From a virus: a stretch of DNA of 64,000 nucleotides. Below are positions 18,457-29,060 of this stretch, in pieces. The stretch is taken from IMG/VR virus record IMGVR_UViG_3300023488_000162; one strand, given 5' to 3'. Under the pieces are notes generated by a model. The model saw nothing but the letters and a program-made list of their open reading frames with translations, was not told the origin of the DNA and made no database searches. Position 1 is the stretch's first letter. Each line of letters opens with the position of its first letter. The position numbers and the translations under genes were made by a program.

Positions 18457-18803
18457 TAGGGCTCCTTGTAGGGTTCCATATCACCCTTCCAAATCTGGAA
18501 ATAAGGATGTGCGTCAATGCCGTAAACCTGACCCTTCATGCCGGTACTGGTAATCTTATAAGGCTTTCCGTCTTCAAGGCTATTGATAAAGTCCTGATAC
18601 TGAGGACTCATCTTAAAGAAATCCTTCTTTCCTTGAATTCTCTTTACCTTGATAGTGACTTCATCACCAATCTTTGGCTCCCATTCCTCTGCGGGCATTC
18701 CAGCCAAAAAGTCGGGGCCACCAGCCTTCTTAATTCGCCGGGCAAGAATTCGTGCCTTACGCTGCTCTCTGCGCCGGTCTTCTCGATTCATCGAATTACT
18801 CAT
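18456..18803 (-). CDS. Hypothetical basic protein
   Basis: 115-aa ORF with an Arg/Lys-rich N-terminus. Confidence 0.35.
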   Translation of the reverse strand: MSNSMNREDRRREQRKARILARRIKKAGGPDFLAGMPAEEWEPKIGDEVTIKVKRIQGKKDFFKMSPQYQDFINSLEDGKPYKITSTGMKGQVYGIDAHPYFQIWKGDMEPYKEP

Positions 18804-19035
18804 ATTCTGTTCCTTTCAGCTTATCAAAGTAGGGATCGCCGTCTCGCTTCTCTAATAAGTTGAGCTCCCCGGCGGAGCCTACAGAATACAAACGAAAATT
18901 TTTAAAAATCTCAGCACCTTTAATAGTGGCTAGAGATGTAATTATGTACAATATATTGTGTTCTTCTGTGCCATCCGTAAGTTGAACTTCGAGTCGTTCT
19001 TTCTTTGGAATGGCTAGTTTTTTTAAATCATTCAT
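18796..19035 (-). CDS. Hypothetical small protein
   Basis: 79-aa ORF. Confidence 0.3.
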   Translation of the reverse strand: MNDLKKLAIPKKERLEVQLTDGTEEHNILYIITSLATIKGAEIFKNFRLYSVGSAGELNLLEKRDGDPYFDKLKGTEYE

Positions 19036-19256
19036 TTTGGCATTATGTATACTTTCTCATTTTTCCGATAGCAATCAAAAATACGTGCAACAACATCGTA
19101 GCATCTACTCTCAGAGTTATAACTACCAAGGATAATTCCACGCTCACCCATGCCCTGCCTTGCATAAACATTAAGGCTTGTGGTATCAATGATTGCCATA
19201 CGGTCAAGATTTATAATTTCTCCGTCTTGCGTTAAAAGTAGCATTTTACACCTCAC
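19032..19256 (-). CDS. Hypothetical small protein
   Basis: 74-aa ORF. Confidence 0.3.
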   Translation of the reverse strand: MRCKMLLLTQDGEIINLDRMAIIDTTSLNVYARQGMGERGIILGSYNSESRCYDVVARIFDCYRKNEKVYIMPK

Positions 19257-19525
19257 AAATCAGCAAGCTGTGCAGGAGACCAGATATCTGGAATATCCCA
19301 ATCTTCTTCCGATTTTCCGTTATAAATTCCGTAGAAATATCCTTCGGACGGTACATAGACGATCCGTTGCCAGCCATTCATTCCGTGTGACTCCTTTGGC
19401 TCAAAATCACGAGTCAAAATTCTACATCCACTGCTGTTATAAGCGGATGTCTTTGGAGGAACCTCGACGCATTTGTTATCAAGAATCCGAAGAATGTGTT
19501 TAATGGACTTCTTAGAAAGATTCAT
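19253..19525 (-). CDS. Hypothetical small protein
   Basis: 90-aa ORF. Confidence 0.3.
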   Translation of the reverse strand: MNLSKKSIKHILRILDNKCVEVPPKTSAYNSSGCRILTRDFEPKESHGMNGWQRIVYVPSEGYFYGIYNGKSEEDWDIPDIWSPAQLADL

Positions 19526-19535
19526 AGTTTTCTCC

Positions 19536-20849
19536 TTAGCCGTAGCTTACTTCGTTCTTATCATCTCGGAATCGCACAAAGGTCGGGAATTGCAGAGACT
19601 CAAGACCAGTCTTTTTGTCACAGCTCTTTTCCTTGAACTTTACTTCCACAATCTTACCGATGTAATTATCAGGATTTTCCCACACAGCAGCTCTCGTAGC
19701 GTCATCAAATCCAGAGCCTACTCGAAGCTCGTTGTCCTTGTAGTCAACAACAAGAGCGCCCATCGTACCAGCCAGACGGTTCTGACCTTCTTCAATCGCG
19801 GTGATTCGCAGATCGACCGTATAGAATCGTTTTACCTTCAAGCAACCATTGTGACGAGTGCGGCGATATGGAACCTGCCGGTTCACAACCAGCCCTTCCC
19901 AATCGTGTTTAACCGCATAATCGAGCCAATTATATACATCATTCACATCAGTACCTTCGTAGACCATCTGGACCACTTCGATATTCTGTGTGCCGTTCTT
20001 CTGGATCTTGTTTTTCAGATCGAGCAGCCGTTTCTTTCTTACTGAGTAATTCTCTGTGCAAGCATCCCTCTCAAATTCATCAATCGGCACGATATCAAAG
20101 ATGACAAATTTAATCAGGCTCTTGTCGTTGCCGTCGCTATTCAAGATGGAGATTGTCTCGCGGAAGTTTTGCCCATCAGTTAATCCGTCGATATTCCGTC
20201 GAATCAGCTCGCCATCAACTGCGTAATCAGTGCCAATGATTTTTTCAATGTCCTTGATGATATGGTCAAGTCCCTCGAACTTCTGTGCCTGGCGAGAGAT
20301 TATATCGCCCTTAAAATATGTACCTCTCGATCCATTGAGTTTGCGCGAGGCAAAAATCAATTCACCTTTTCTGAATTTATATTTATCAATCGGGTATCCC
20401 TGCTGAACCTCCCAGACAGGAATAATTTCCTCGCCATATACCTTATTGATAGTAGCTGCCTCAACTCCAATCGGCAGATTCTTAGTGAACAGTCGCTTCA
20501 GAAACTCTTCGCATTCAGGATTTTTATGTAAATAATTCTGGATTGTTACAATGGATGCATCAGAGCCAGTATTATGCCCAGCACCCATAATATAAAGGTA
20601 TCCGCAGCTGAGATACTGAATATCGATATCAGGCTTTGCCGTTGCCTTCTTGTTGATCTTTGCATCAGACAGGCCAGTCACAATCGCTGGGTCAAGCAGG
20701 AATTTGAAGAATGCCATTAGCTCGTCAGCTTCATCTCCAAAATCCTTACGTGCATCCAACAAAATGCGGGTCTTGTCCGTCTTTTTCTTTGCTTTCTGCA
20801 ATGCCTTAACCATCGCATCAAGCTTACCTATGAGCTCTTTATCTGTCAT
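19536..20849 (-). CDS. ATP-dependent DNA ligase
   Basis: Adenylation motif I KLNGSR (KxNGxR), a downstream nucleotidyltransferase/OB-like region, and a size of 437 aa. RBS AAGGAGG. Confidence 0.75.
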   Translation of the reverse strand: MTDKELIGKLDAMVKALQKAKKKTDKTRILLDARKDFGDEADELMAFFKFLLDPAIVTGLSDAKINKKATAKPDIDIQYLSCGYLYIMGAGHNTGSDASIVTIQNYLHKNPECEEFLKRLFTKNLPIGVEAATINKVYGEEIIPVWEVQQGYPIDKYKFRKGELIFASRKLNGSRGTYFKGDIISRQAQKFEGLDHIIKDIEKIIGTDYAVDGELIRRNIDGLTDGQNFRETISILNSDGNDKSLIKFVIFDIVPIDEFERDACTENYSVRKKRLLDLKNKIQKNGTQNIEVVQMVYEGTDVNDVYNWLDYAVKHDWEGLVVNRQVPYRRTRHNGCLKVKRFYTVDLRITAIEEGQNRLAGTMGALVVDYKDNELRVGSGFDDATRAAVWENPDNYIGKIVEVKFKEKSCDKKTGLESLQFPTFVRFRDDKNEVSYG

Positions 20850-20862
20850 AAAGCCTCCTTGC

Positions 20863-20883
20863 GTATCCTGTGTTATATAGTTA
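20863..20883 (-). promoter_or_regulatory. Conserved 21-bp motif, copy A (GTATCCTGTGTTATATAGTTA on +), 13 nt upstream of the ligase ATG
   Basis: One of seven near-identical copies in the window. It directly follows a terminator-like hairpin at 20890-20929. Confidence 0.5.
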
Positions 20884-20931
20884 TAGCTAATAAAGAAAGG
20901 CTTGTCGTTACGAGCAAGCCATTTCTTTCCC

Positions 20932-20952
20932 GTATCCTGTATTATATAGTTA
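20932..20952 (-). promoter_or_regulatory. Conserved 21-bp motif, copy B. Forms a 21-bp inverted repeat with copy C.
   Basis: GTATCCTGTATTATATAGTTA, then a 38-nt spacer, then its exact reverse complement. Confidence 0.45.
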
Positions 20953-20990
20953 AAGAGAGAATTTTAAGCCTCCGGGATGGAGACTTTTTA

Positions 20991-21011
20991 TAACTATATT
21001 ATACAGGATAC
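20991..21011 (+). promoter_or_regulatory. Conserved 21-bp motif, copy C (inverted orientation), just 3' of the helicase gene
   Basis: TAACTATATTATACAGGATAC on the + strand. Confidence 0.45.
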
Positions 21012-21022
21012 TCACATAATTG

Positions 21023-23353
21023 TCAATGCTTTTCTGCAAATTCTTTCCGTAAAAATTCCTTCAGGAACGTCCGCTTGTATGGCACTCTCGAAGTCTTTAC
21101 AGCCCGATCAAGAGCATGAGTTTCGGCGCAAATCACACAATACTTCTTGGCACGAGTGATGGCCGTATAGAGCCATTCTCTCGTCAGCATCAAGTATGCA
21201 GAGTTGTCTATACCAACAATCACATACGGAGCCTCACTGCCCTGCAGTTTATGACAACTCAAAGCATAAGCAAGTTCAAGTGTTGCCCAGATGTTATTCC
21301 CACCAAAGTAATGAGGAATGAAGATCGTTCCCCACTGGTCAAAATCAACCAGAATAAAACTACTCTCAATCTTTCGGATAATGCCACGGTTTCCATTGAA
21401 CACCGGACACTTCTCTTCTTTTTTCTTTGTCTTGAGATTGTATGTGTGAAGCTCATAGTTGTTCTTGTTGATAATGACTTGATCGCCCTCACGCAGAGTA
21501 TACACCCTATCCTTGCCATCACCATAGATTGTGACCTTTGCTTCTGCTTGACCACGACTCGGATTCACAATTTCCTGAATAGCATTATTGACTTCATAAG
21601 TACAGATACTACCACGCAGCTTCTGTGGAAGTACAATCTGAATCTTCGCACTATCATTCCCTACCTTATTATATAAGGTACGGTACTGATTGATAATGTG
21701 GTTGAACGACTCACTTGCGTCCTTATAGATATCAAGTTCCAGATCACGAAGTTCACCACGAACCTCATTGCCAGCCCAGCCATAAGGGACCAACTGTGTA
21801 GCGTTACGAACCTTAATGCTCTCCGTGATAATTGCAGACTTAGCTGCCTGACGATGGATCTTAGTCAAACGAGCCACAGGAACAACCTTAGATGCAAGCA
21901 TATCCTTGAAAATGTTACACATACCGATGCTCTCAAGCTGTCCGTCATCACCAATCATGATGAATCGCTTGCCGGTCTCGATTGCCTGAATCAAGTCATA
22001 GAATAACTGAGCTCCAACCATAGAGGTCTCATCCAGAATGATAATGTCTTCTTCAAGAGGATTGTCCTTGTTATGGATGAAACCACCATTCTCGATGTCG
22101 TAGCCAAGAAGACGGTGAATGGTCTTTCCATCCTGACCAGTAATCTCCTGCATACGAGCTGCGGCACGACCAGAAAGTGCAGTCTGAGCGAAAGACTTGC
22201 CACGAAGAACCTTTAAAACACCAGCGACAACGGTACTTTTACCAGTTCCGCCGTAGCCTGTTAAGATACAGACGTTGCTAGAGCATACCTTTTTAATAGC
22301 ATCTCTTTGCTCCTCAGTATACTCGATGCCAAGCGCATTCCCGGCTTCATTGATTGCAGCATCCATGTTTCGACCAATCGGCTCAACAGGTGCATCCGCC
22401 AGTCGCTTGATTTCCTTTGCGATTTTATCTTCAAGATTCCACACTCTAGTTAAAGCAAATTCCTGACGGTCATCACTCCACCAAAGCGTTTCACGGACAT
22501 CATGTAAATGGAAAAGTGCCCTTTTGATGACTTCTTGATCACCCTCGTTCAAATCAAGTTCCTTAATACAGCTATTGATTGTCTGGTTTGCCGGGATAAT
22601 AGAGTTACCTTCTTCGGCACGAGCGGCAAGAAAGTGCATGACGTAAGCTTCAATTCTGAATTGCGAATTGTGCTTTAAGCCCATATTCAAAGCAAGAGCG
22701 TCAGCTTTTTTCCAGCCGATACCATACGCATCATCGATCAGGACGTAAGGGTTCTCCTCAATTTTTCTTACCAGAGTGTCTGCACCGTGATACTGACGAA
22801 CAAGCTTTTCAATAGCATTGGAAGTCAAACCGTACTCAATCAGTTTCGTGTACGCTTCACTGTTGTCAATGTTGTTTTCAAAAGATTCAATAATCTTTTG
22901 CGCTCGACCTTCCGTAATGCCGCTAACAGTACAAAGAGACTTGACATCACCGTTCTTGACGATTTCATACGGGTTCTCAAATGCTTCATAAAGCAGCTCA
23001 AACTGATGGTCAGTCAAGATAAAACGGAGAAAGCTTTTTTGTTCTTCCGGGTCAGTAATCTCTTGAAACTCATTCATATAGATGATTTTGTACTGATCAC
23101 CAAACTTTTCATGATGAACATACTCACCACAGAACGAATAAGTTTTATTCATATCGAGGCTAGGAACGTTGCCTTTTAGCCGGAGGTCGCTGTATCGGCT
23201 CATGATAGGATTCCCCTGCTTGACTTTTACCACCTCGGCAGAGAAAGTGGCGAAGCCGCCGGGCTCCACCTCCCTCCCATCTTTCGGATAAAAGACTCGT
23301 TTTATCCTGATGTAGCAACGGATCATATTTTCATTAAATTTCTTATCTGCCAC
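21023..23353 (-). CDS. RecD-like / Dda-like SF1 ATP-dependent DNA helicase
   Basis: Walker A GYGGTGKST, Walker B DETSMV, and the C-terminal SF1 motifs KLQGSEAPYVIV and TAITRAKK. Apparent GTG start after AAGAGGG. Confidence 0.75.
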   Translation of the reverse strand: MADKKFNENMIRCYIRIKRVFYPKDGREVEPGGFATFSAEVVKVKQGNPIMSRYSDLRLKGNVPSLDMNKTYSFCGEYVHHEKFGDQYKIIYMNEFQEITDPEEQKSFLRFILTDHQFELLYEAFENPYEIVKNGDVKSLCTVSGITEGRAQKIIESFENNIDNSEAYTKLIEYGLTSNAIEKLVRQYHGADTLVRKIEENPYVLIDDAYGIGWKKADALALNMGLKHNSQFRIEAYVMHFLAARAEEGNSIIPANQTINSCIKELDLNEGDQEVIKRALFHLHDVRETLWWSDDRQEFALTRVWNLEDKIAKEIKRLADAPVEPIGRNMDAAINEAGNALGIEYTEEQRDAIKKVCSSNVCILTGYGGTGKSTVVAGVLKVLRGKSFAQTALSGRAAARMQEITGQDGKTIHRLLGYDIENGGFIHNKDNPLEEDIIILDETSMVGAQLFYDLIQAIETGKRFIMIGDDGQLESIGMCNIFKDMLASKVVPVARLTKIHRQAAKSAIITESIKVRNATQLVPYGWAGNEVRGELRDLELDIYKDASESFNHIINQYRTLYNKVGNDSAKIQIVLPQKLRGSICTYEVNNAIQEIVNPSRGQAEAKVTIYGDGKDRVYTLREGDQVIINKNNYELHTYNLKTKKKEEKCPVFNGNRGIIRKIESSFILVDFDQWGTIFIPHYFGGNNIWATLELAYALSCHKLQGSEAPYVIVGIDNSAYLMLTREWLYTAITRAKKYCVICAETHALDRAVKTSRVPYKRTFLKEFLRKEFAEKH

Positions 23354-23368
23354 TTTACAACCCTCTTA

Positions 23369-23599
23369 TTATGCACCTAATCTAAATTCTGTCAGTCCTC
23401 CGCACACTCTGCAATAAAACCATTTTGTGGTACGCTCGCATTGTTCTGCGCAGTCAAACTTCCACTTCTGAACTTTTCTAACGACGCAACAATTCGTACA
23501 ATGTATCTTAATTACAGTTTTATCTTTGTACCAATCAATTTTAAACATAGGAAGCTCACAAAGAACCTCTCCGTCAATAGTATATAAAATACCATTCAT
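23369..23599 (-). CDS. Small zinc-finger protein
   Basis: Cys pairs CTNCC and CRVCGG. Confidence 0.35.
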   Translation of the reverse strand: MNGILYTIDGEVLCELPMFKIDWYKDKTVIKIHCTNCCVVRKVQKWKFDCAEQCERTTKWFYCRVCGGLTEFRLGA

Positions 23600-26500
23600 T
23601 ACTTTATCTCTCTATCATGCAGCCACTGTTTGTAAGGCTTCATCTTCTCAACAATGTACGAATTTTCTTTTCTCTTGCAAAGGATTGCAAGATCGCTGCC
23701 CTTTGAAATTAGACTTGAATATCGTGCATACTGAGATGCCCAACAAATCATTTCAACAATACCACCTGTCGTGTAAACATGTAAGTATGCAAACTGGTTA
23801 CCACGTTTATCCTTCTTTTTTTGGATGTCTACGATGACACAAATAGCAGTTGCCTCACCGCCATCCTCTACAGTATCAAGACCAGCATCAATATAGGTAC
23901 AAGCATCCTTAATGGGATTGCTAGTCAAGAACATTGAAAGGGTTTCAAATTCCCACATGTGCTCGTCTTGCATATACTTTTCAGCAAACGCCTGCATAAA
24001 GGCATTCCGCTTTTTGTCTTTTTCTTTCTTTCGATTCCATGTGTCCGCTTCCCAGCGCTCCTTTCTTACCTTATTATATAAGGCGAGTCTGGTAGGTTTG
24101 TCTTTAATAGAATCTGTGTCAATTCCGTATTCGTCTTTGAGAATAGAGATCTTGGGGAGAGATGCCATTTCGTGGAAACTCTTCTCTTTATACTCGTTCT
24201 CAAAAACCATATTTGCAAAAGTGATTAAGATTTTTCTCTTGTCCTTTGTTGGAATAGCTCCAGCCTTAATCAACTTGACAACATTTGAAGTGCCAATCTT
24301 GCCACCATTTGCTCTCTGAACAAAGTCTGCCAATCCAGAATATGGACGGTCTGCAATCACCCCTGATACGACACTCTCGCCCATTCCCTTAATGGCTTTC
24401 AAGCCAAACAAAATTGTGTGCTTCTCCGCATCGGCCTTAAATTCCATATCAGACCTGTTAACACTTGGAGGAAGGACCCGAATATGTAGACGGTCACATT
24501 CATTGATGAACACACCCATTTTGCCAGAATCATCTTCTTTAGTAATCATACACGCAGCCATGAAATACTCAGTATAATGAGTCTTCAGGTATGCTGTCAG
24601 GTAAGAAAGAAGCCCATAAGCAACTGCGTGGCCCCGGTTGAAGGAATAAGAAGCCTGTTTCAAGATCAATGCCCACATCTCAGAAATCTGATAATCGTTC
24701 CATCCTTTCTTGTGAAGACCATCTCTAAACTGGACCTCCAAGGATGCCATAACATCTTTCTTTTTCTTGCCAATGGCACGACGAGCATTGTCAACCTCAG
24801 TTTCAGGGAATCCTGCATAACGAAATACTGCCAGAGCCTGTTCCTGATAAAGAAGAATGTACTGAGTCTTGGCAAAAAGCTGTTTGATGTCAGGATGAAG
24901 TAGTTTGATAGTCTCTGGATGAAGCTTATTGGAGCAATACGTCGGGAAGCTGTCCTTAGTGCCAGGGCGGTTTGCTGCATTCACAACAATGATATCCTCG
25001 GCGTTGTCACATTTTGCTTCAACACACATCTTTCGAGCTTCAGCAGACTCCATCTGAAAAATACCAATTGTGTGTCCAGACTTATAAACTGCGTCGTAGA
25101 CTGCCTTGTCATTCAGATCAAGATGGTTGATATCGACATCTTTCCAAGTAAGATGGGCCATCTTTAATGTGTCGTCAATCGTGTCCAAATTTTCAAGACC
25201 AAGAAAATCCATCTTAACTAGAGACAGGTCATCCATAGCATTGTGCATTTCAAGCTGACACATCTGATTACCTTCTCTATCCATACAGAGAGGACAATAT
25301 TCAATAACAGGCTTAGGTGTAATCAAAGTTCCTGCAGCATGGCGACCCATACTCTTCGGTAAACCTTCAAGCCGCATAACGTACTTAAACCACAGAGGGA
25401 ACTTATCATACACATTAGAAAGCTGCTCGCTCTTTCCAAGAATGTCCTTCAATAGAACTTCCTTCTCAACTTCTTCTCCGAGATCATCCAATGTTTTCAC
25501 GGTCGGAATCAACTTAGCAACTTCATTTCGCAATTCATACGGAATCTGCATATAATATGGGCTTTCTGGATCTTCGTTCAGTACCTTGCCAATATCTTTG
25601 ATAGCAACTTTAGTAGACAGAGAATTAAAAGTTGCAATAGGAGCAACACTCTCTTTTCCAAAAAGCTCTTCTGCAATAGAAACAAGTTCTTTGCGACGAC
25701 GACGGCTAATATCAAAGTCGAAGTCTGCGAGACTCTTACGACCTTTATTTGCAAAACGAGAGAAGTCAAGATCCCAACGAACAGAATCAATCTGCGTAAC
25801 GTTTAGCATAAATAGACATAGACAGTTTGCACCAGAACCACGAGAATAGCCACGAGGGATACCTCGTTCATCGGCCACCTTACAAAGCATATACAGCATG
25901 ATGAAATAGTCGATGTAGTCAACATATTCCAAAACGTCAAGCTCCATCTCAATTCTGTCCCGCCGGGTTTGCTGTTCTTCTTTACTCATCCATCCGAATT
26001 TTTCATCGAAAGTAGAATAAACAAGGTAGCGTAGATAATCCAGATGCGAATCAAATTTACCTTCAATTTTCACTTCTGGCATCTGGTTTGGCTGACCAAG
26101 ACCAATATCAATATCGTCAACCATATCTGCAATTTTCACAGACATTGAGCAGCCTTCTCGGATGAAGTCTTCATCAAACTGCTTTGAAAGTGTTCTCAGC
26201 ACATCGTCTTCGGTCTGAAGATAACAGTCAACATAACTTTCTCCAACTTCTCGTCCTTCTCCAATTTCTACAAAAACTGAATGTGCATCAACATCTTCCT
26301 TGGAAAGCATATGAGCATCGGTTGTAATGGTATACGGAAGATTGTACTTTTTAATAAAAGCTGCAATTTTTGCATTAGCTTCAGCCTGATCTGGCGTATC
26401 ATGAGACTGAACTTCCATAAACACGTCATCAAAGATCCATTTCAGTTTGTTCCATAACTGCCATGCCTCAGTCTCGTTTCCATCAACAAGCAATCTACTC

Positions 26501-26943
26501 ATTCGACCAACTTGACAGGCCGTAAGACAGATGATACCTTTACCCCACTCGTTCTGTTCAATGATATTCAAAGAAGTTCGAGGCTTTTTATACATGCCAT
26601 CAACGCAAGCATTTGAAACAACCTTAAATAGATTTTTTAAACCGGTCTCGTTCTTCGCTAATAAAACAAGATGGTAACGAGGTTGTTTATAGTCTTTTGT
26701 GTCAGCTTTTTCGCTTTGATTATCTACTTCGTAGACTTCACAGCCGATGATAGGCTTAATACCTTCTGCTTTACAAACCTTAACTTGGTCAACAAAAGAG
26801 TGCATCTTACCATGGTCTGTAACAGCGATAGCCTTCTGACCATTCTCTTTAGCAAAGTTTACAAGTTCCTTGACTGTAAGAATAGAGTCAAGTAACGAAC
26901 CCTGCGCTGTATGTACATGAAGATTCACAAAATTATCTGGCAT
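23599..26943 (-). CDS. DNA polymerase III alpha-type catalytic subunit (PHP domain + pol core)
   Basis: N-terminal PHP motif NLHVHTAQGSLLDS...AVTDHG and a length of 1114 aa. RBS GGAAGGAGAA. Confidence 0.75.
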   Translation of the reverse strand: MPDNFVNLHVHTAQGSLLDSILTVKELVNFAKENGQKAIAVTDHGKMHSFVDQVKVCKAEGIKPIIGCEVYEVDNQSEKADTKDYKQPRYHLVLLAKNETGLKNLFKVVSNACVDGMYKKPRTSLNIIEQNEWGKGIICLTACQVGRMSRLLVDGNETEAWQLWNKLKWIFDDVFMEVQSHDTPDQAEANAKIAAFIKKYNLPYTITTDAHMLSKEDVDAHSVFVEIGEGREVGESYVDCYLQTEDDVLRTLSKQFDEDFIREGCSMSVKIADMVDDIDIGLGQPNQMPEVKIEGKFDSHLDYLRYLVYSTFDEKFGWMSKEEQQTRRDRIEMELDVLEYVDYIDYFIMLYMLCKVADERGIPRGYSRGSGANCLCLFMLNVTQIDSVRWDLDFSRFANKGRKSLADFDFDISRRRRKELVSIAEELFGKESVAPIATFNSLSTKVAIKDIGKVLNEDPESPYYMQIPYELRNEVAKLIPTVKTLDDLGEEVEKEVLLKDILGKSEQLSNVYDKFPLWFKYVMRLEGLPKSMGRHAAGTLITPKPVIEYCPLCMDREGNQMCQLEMHNAMDDLSLVKMDFLGLENLDTIDDTLKMAHLTWKDVDINHLDLNDKAVYDAVYKSGHTIGIFQMESAEARKMCVEAKCDNAEDIIVVNAANRPGTKDSFPTYCSNKLHPETIKLLHPDIKQLFAKTQYILLYQEQALAVFRYAGFPETEVDNARRAIGKKKKDVMASLEVQFRDGLHKKGWNDYQISEMWALILKQASYSFNRGHAVAYGLLSYLTAYLKTHYTEYFMAACMITKEDDSGKMGVFINECDRLHIRVLPPSVNRSDMEFKADAEKHTILFGLKAIKGMGESVVSGVIADRPYSGLADFVQRANGGKIGTSNVVKLIKAGAIPTKDKRKILITFANMVFENEYKEKSFHEMASLPKISILKDEYGIDTDSIKDKPTRLALYNKVRKERWEADTWNRKKEKDKKRNAFMQAFAEKYMQDEHMWEFETLSMFLTSNPIKDACTYIDAGLDTVEDGGEATAICVIVDIQKKKDKRGNQFAYLHVYTTGGIVEMICWASQYARYSSLISKGSDLAILCKRKENSYIVEKMKPYKQWLHDREIK

Positions 26944-26960
26944 CTATTCTCCTTCCACCA

Positions 26961-27284
26961 TTAAAACTGGTCGCGTTCCTTTAGACGCTTAATCCAGCGC
27001 TTGCGCTTCTCGTTAGCAATCTCATTCGCTTTCGATGTAAACGCCAAGATGCAATCCTCGTCATCATCATAGTATGCGTAGATACAGTTCAGCACATCAC
27101 CGAATTCTTCTACGAGGTTTTCATAAGCCTCGTTAATGCTTACAGGTGTTGGATTCTTCATATCGATTGCACGATAAAACTTTATCGCAGCTTTCGACAG
27201 CTCAGAACCTTCCTCACCCATTTGAATGAGGATTTCCTTGCCATCAATATAATCAAGCACTCGTAAATTTTTATCTTTAATCAT
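26961..27284 (-). CDS. MazG-like nucleotide pyrophosphohydrolase domain protein
   Basis: EExGEL-type motif (MGEEGSELSKAA) and a small helical protein of 107 aa. Confidence 0.45.
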   Translation of the reverse strand: MIKDKNLRVLDYIDGKEILIQMGEEGSELSKAAIKFYRAIDMKNPTPVSINEAYENLVEEFGDVLNCIYAYYDDDEDCILAFTSKANEIANEKRKRWIKRLKERDQF

Positions 27285-27525
27285 CTGTCTGCTCCTTATC
27301 TTCGATGGACACTCTCAAAGTTACAGTCTTACCGTCCTTTGTTGTCCATGTGTATCCACCAAAAGTTCTATTGTTGAACTGAGCTTCAGAAAGAAGCCAA
27401 TCACGAACTGCCTCGATAGCTTCATCTGTGACACGAGTTTTATCTTTCCACTCTGTTCCATTCTTTTTAACAGTTCCTGCGTAAATACCAAACATACCAC
27501 AGCTCACATGATATTCACTCATCAC
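27277..27525 (-). CDS. Hypothetical small protein
   Basis: 82-aa ORF. Confidence 0.3.
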   Translation of the reverse strand: MMSEYHVSCGMFGIYAGTVKKNGTEWKDKTRVTDEAIEAVRDWLLSEAQFNNRTFGGYTWTTKDGKTVTLRVSIEDKEQTDD

Positions 27526-28286
27526 TCTTCACTCTTCACCTTATCTCCAAATTTAATAACGTCATCAAAAAGCATCACATAGTCATCGGTATACTTGTTG
27601 CCATGAAAATGGCCGAAGTACCAGAATGGTTTGCAATCGTTAGGATAGCATTCGTATATATTATCAAAGAATATTTCAGTTGACTGGTCTACTGTGCTTT
27701 GATCAATACCACCGATAAACAATCCAGTTGGAATGAACCGGAATGGACAGGTATGCGTGAGCATAACATCAATATCATCGATTTGAGGGTCATGTGTAAT
27801 ATTCCAGATCTTTTTCTTAGTCTTCTCATTAGGTTGCTCGTCCGGCCACCAATTATATCCCCACTCCAACCGATAATACTTATCTACAGAATAAGCTCCA
27901 CCACAAACAAGACAATTCAGCATCTCTACACCGGAAAGAATCTTGTAAACCTCACCATCAATAGCGAAATACTGATTGGGATAATGTGAGTCATGCCACA
28001 CCTTACCACAAATATCTCCACTGATTTCCTTTGTCCTATAGCCCTCCTTACGAGACGGGCGGCGCTCGTGGTTGCCATGAATACAAAACAGATTCGCAGG
28101 AATATCTGCGGCGATAGTCTTGATACTCCATTCACGAGGATCATCCTTGCCGTAGTAGTTCAAACCGACATCGCCAAGGCAGACAATCCAGTCATTCTTT
28201 CCAAGATTGTGTTCATGGCAAAACTTTTCCAATTCTAAAAACCGATTAAAATCACCATGAATATCACCCGTGATGTATACCGCCAT
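27522..28286 (-). CDS. Calcineurin-like metallophosphoesterase
   Basis: Motifs GDIHGD, GDVG and IHGNHE. Confidence 0.65.
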   Translation of the reverse strand: MAVYITGDIHGDFNRFLELEKFCHEHNLGKNDWIVCLGDVGLNYYGKDDPREWSIKTIAADIPANLFCIHGNHERRPSRKEGYRTKEISGDICGKVWHDSHYPNQYFAIDGEVYKILSGVEMLNCLVCGGAYSVDKYYRLEWGYNWWPDEQPNEKTKKKIWNITHDPQIDDIDVMLTHTCPFRFIPTGLFIGGIDQSTVDQSTEIFFDNIYECYPNDCKPFWYFGHFHGNKYTDDYVMLFDDVIKFGDKVKSEE

Positions 28287-28489
28287 CAGTCAAACTCCTT
28301 AATTTTAATCATCCAACCATACATATCTTCGTCTTCTACATAATGTTTTTTACAAAAATCAAGATAACGACAATCATCACATAATCCACATGGATCATCC
28401 GTCCGGCGTTTACATTCTTCAATTAAAGCTTGAATTTCACTCTCAAGCCTTTTACAAGTAGGAGTAGTAATAATCATTGCGCACCTCAC
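28286..28489 (-). CDS. Hypothetical small Cys-rich protein
   Basis: 67-aa ORF. Confidence 0.25.
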   Translation of the reverse strand: MRCAMIITTPTCKRLESEIQALIEECKRRTDDPCGLCDDCRYLDFCKKHYVEDEDMYGWMIKIKEFD

Positions 28490-28740
28490 TCATAATCTTC
28501 TTTGTCAATCACATAAGTTCGTGGATAAAATCTATCGTTTCTATCACCAAAAATATCAACAAACCAGACTTTAACAATCTCAAACTCACGATTACATTCT
28601 TTGCTTCTTAGCATTTTAACTGCATCTCTTGCATTTTCAGCGTAGATTTCTCTGTATAAGTTGTGATATTTCTTGAGTGTGTAATTATATGTGCGATAAT
28701 CAATTCTGTAATGCCTATATCGTCGTTTTGTCATCTTCAT
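28486..28740 (-). CDS. Hypothetical small basic protein
   Basis: 84-aa ORF. Confidence 0.3.
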   Translation of the reverse strand: MKMTKRRYRHYRIDYRTYNYTLKKYHNLYREIYAENARDAVKMLRSKECNREFEIVKVWFVDIFGDRNDRFYPRTYVIDKEDYE

Positions 28741-29060
28741 TCAAAATCAAGGACAATCATATTACCCATTCCTTCGTAGAAATTATGATTCATTTTGAGT
28801 TTTTCACTAACCGTCCCATAGTCAGTTTCAATACAGATTTTCCAATCAGGATGCTGTTCTGCAAATTTATCAAGAATATAAGTCAATTCATCCGGTTCAA
28901 TAATATGCGTATCATCATTCAAAGCCTGATTAAACGCAGTTCCTTCTTGAAGCAATTCCAAGTTTTTAAGAGCATTCGCGAGTGATTGATATGCACCATT
29001 CAATAGATTTAATGATAAATCGTAATTATTCGCATTAGTCATTGTCAACCAACTCTCCAT
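28737..29060 (-). CDS. Hypothetical protein
   Basis: 107-aa ORF. Confidence 0.3.
   Translation of the reverse strand: MESWLTMTNANNYDLSLNLLNGAYQSLANALKNLELLQEGTAFNQALNDDTHIIEPDELTYILDKFAEQHPDWKICIETDYGTVSEKLKMNHNFYEGMGNMIVLDFE

Noticed and set aside
20977-21159. 60-aa + strand ORF downstream of the inverted motif copy C, as a possible gene driven by that copy
   Set aside because: The ORF starts before the motif and overlaps the 3' end of the helicase gene. It has no RBS, so it is not treated as a gene.
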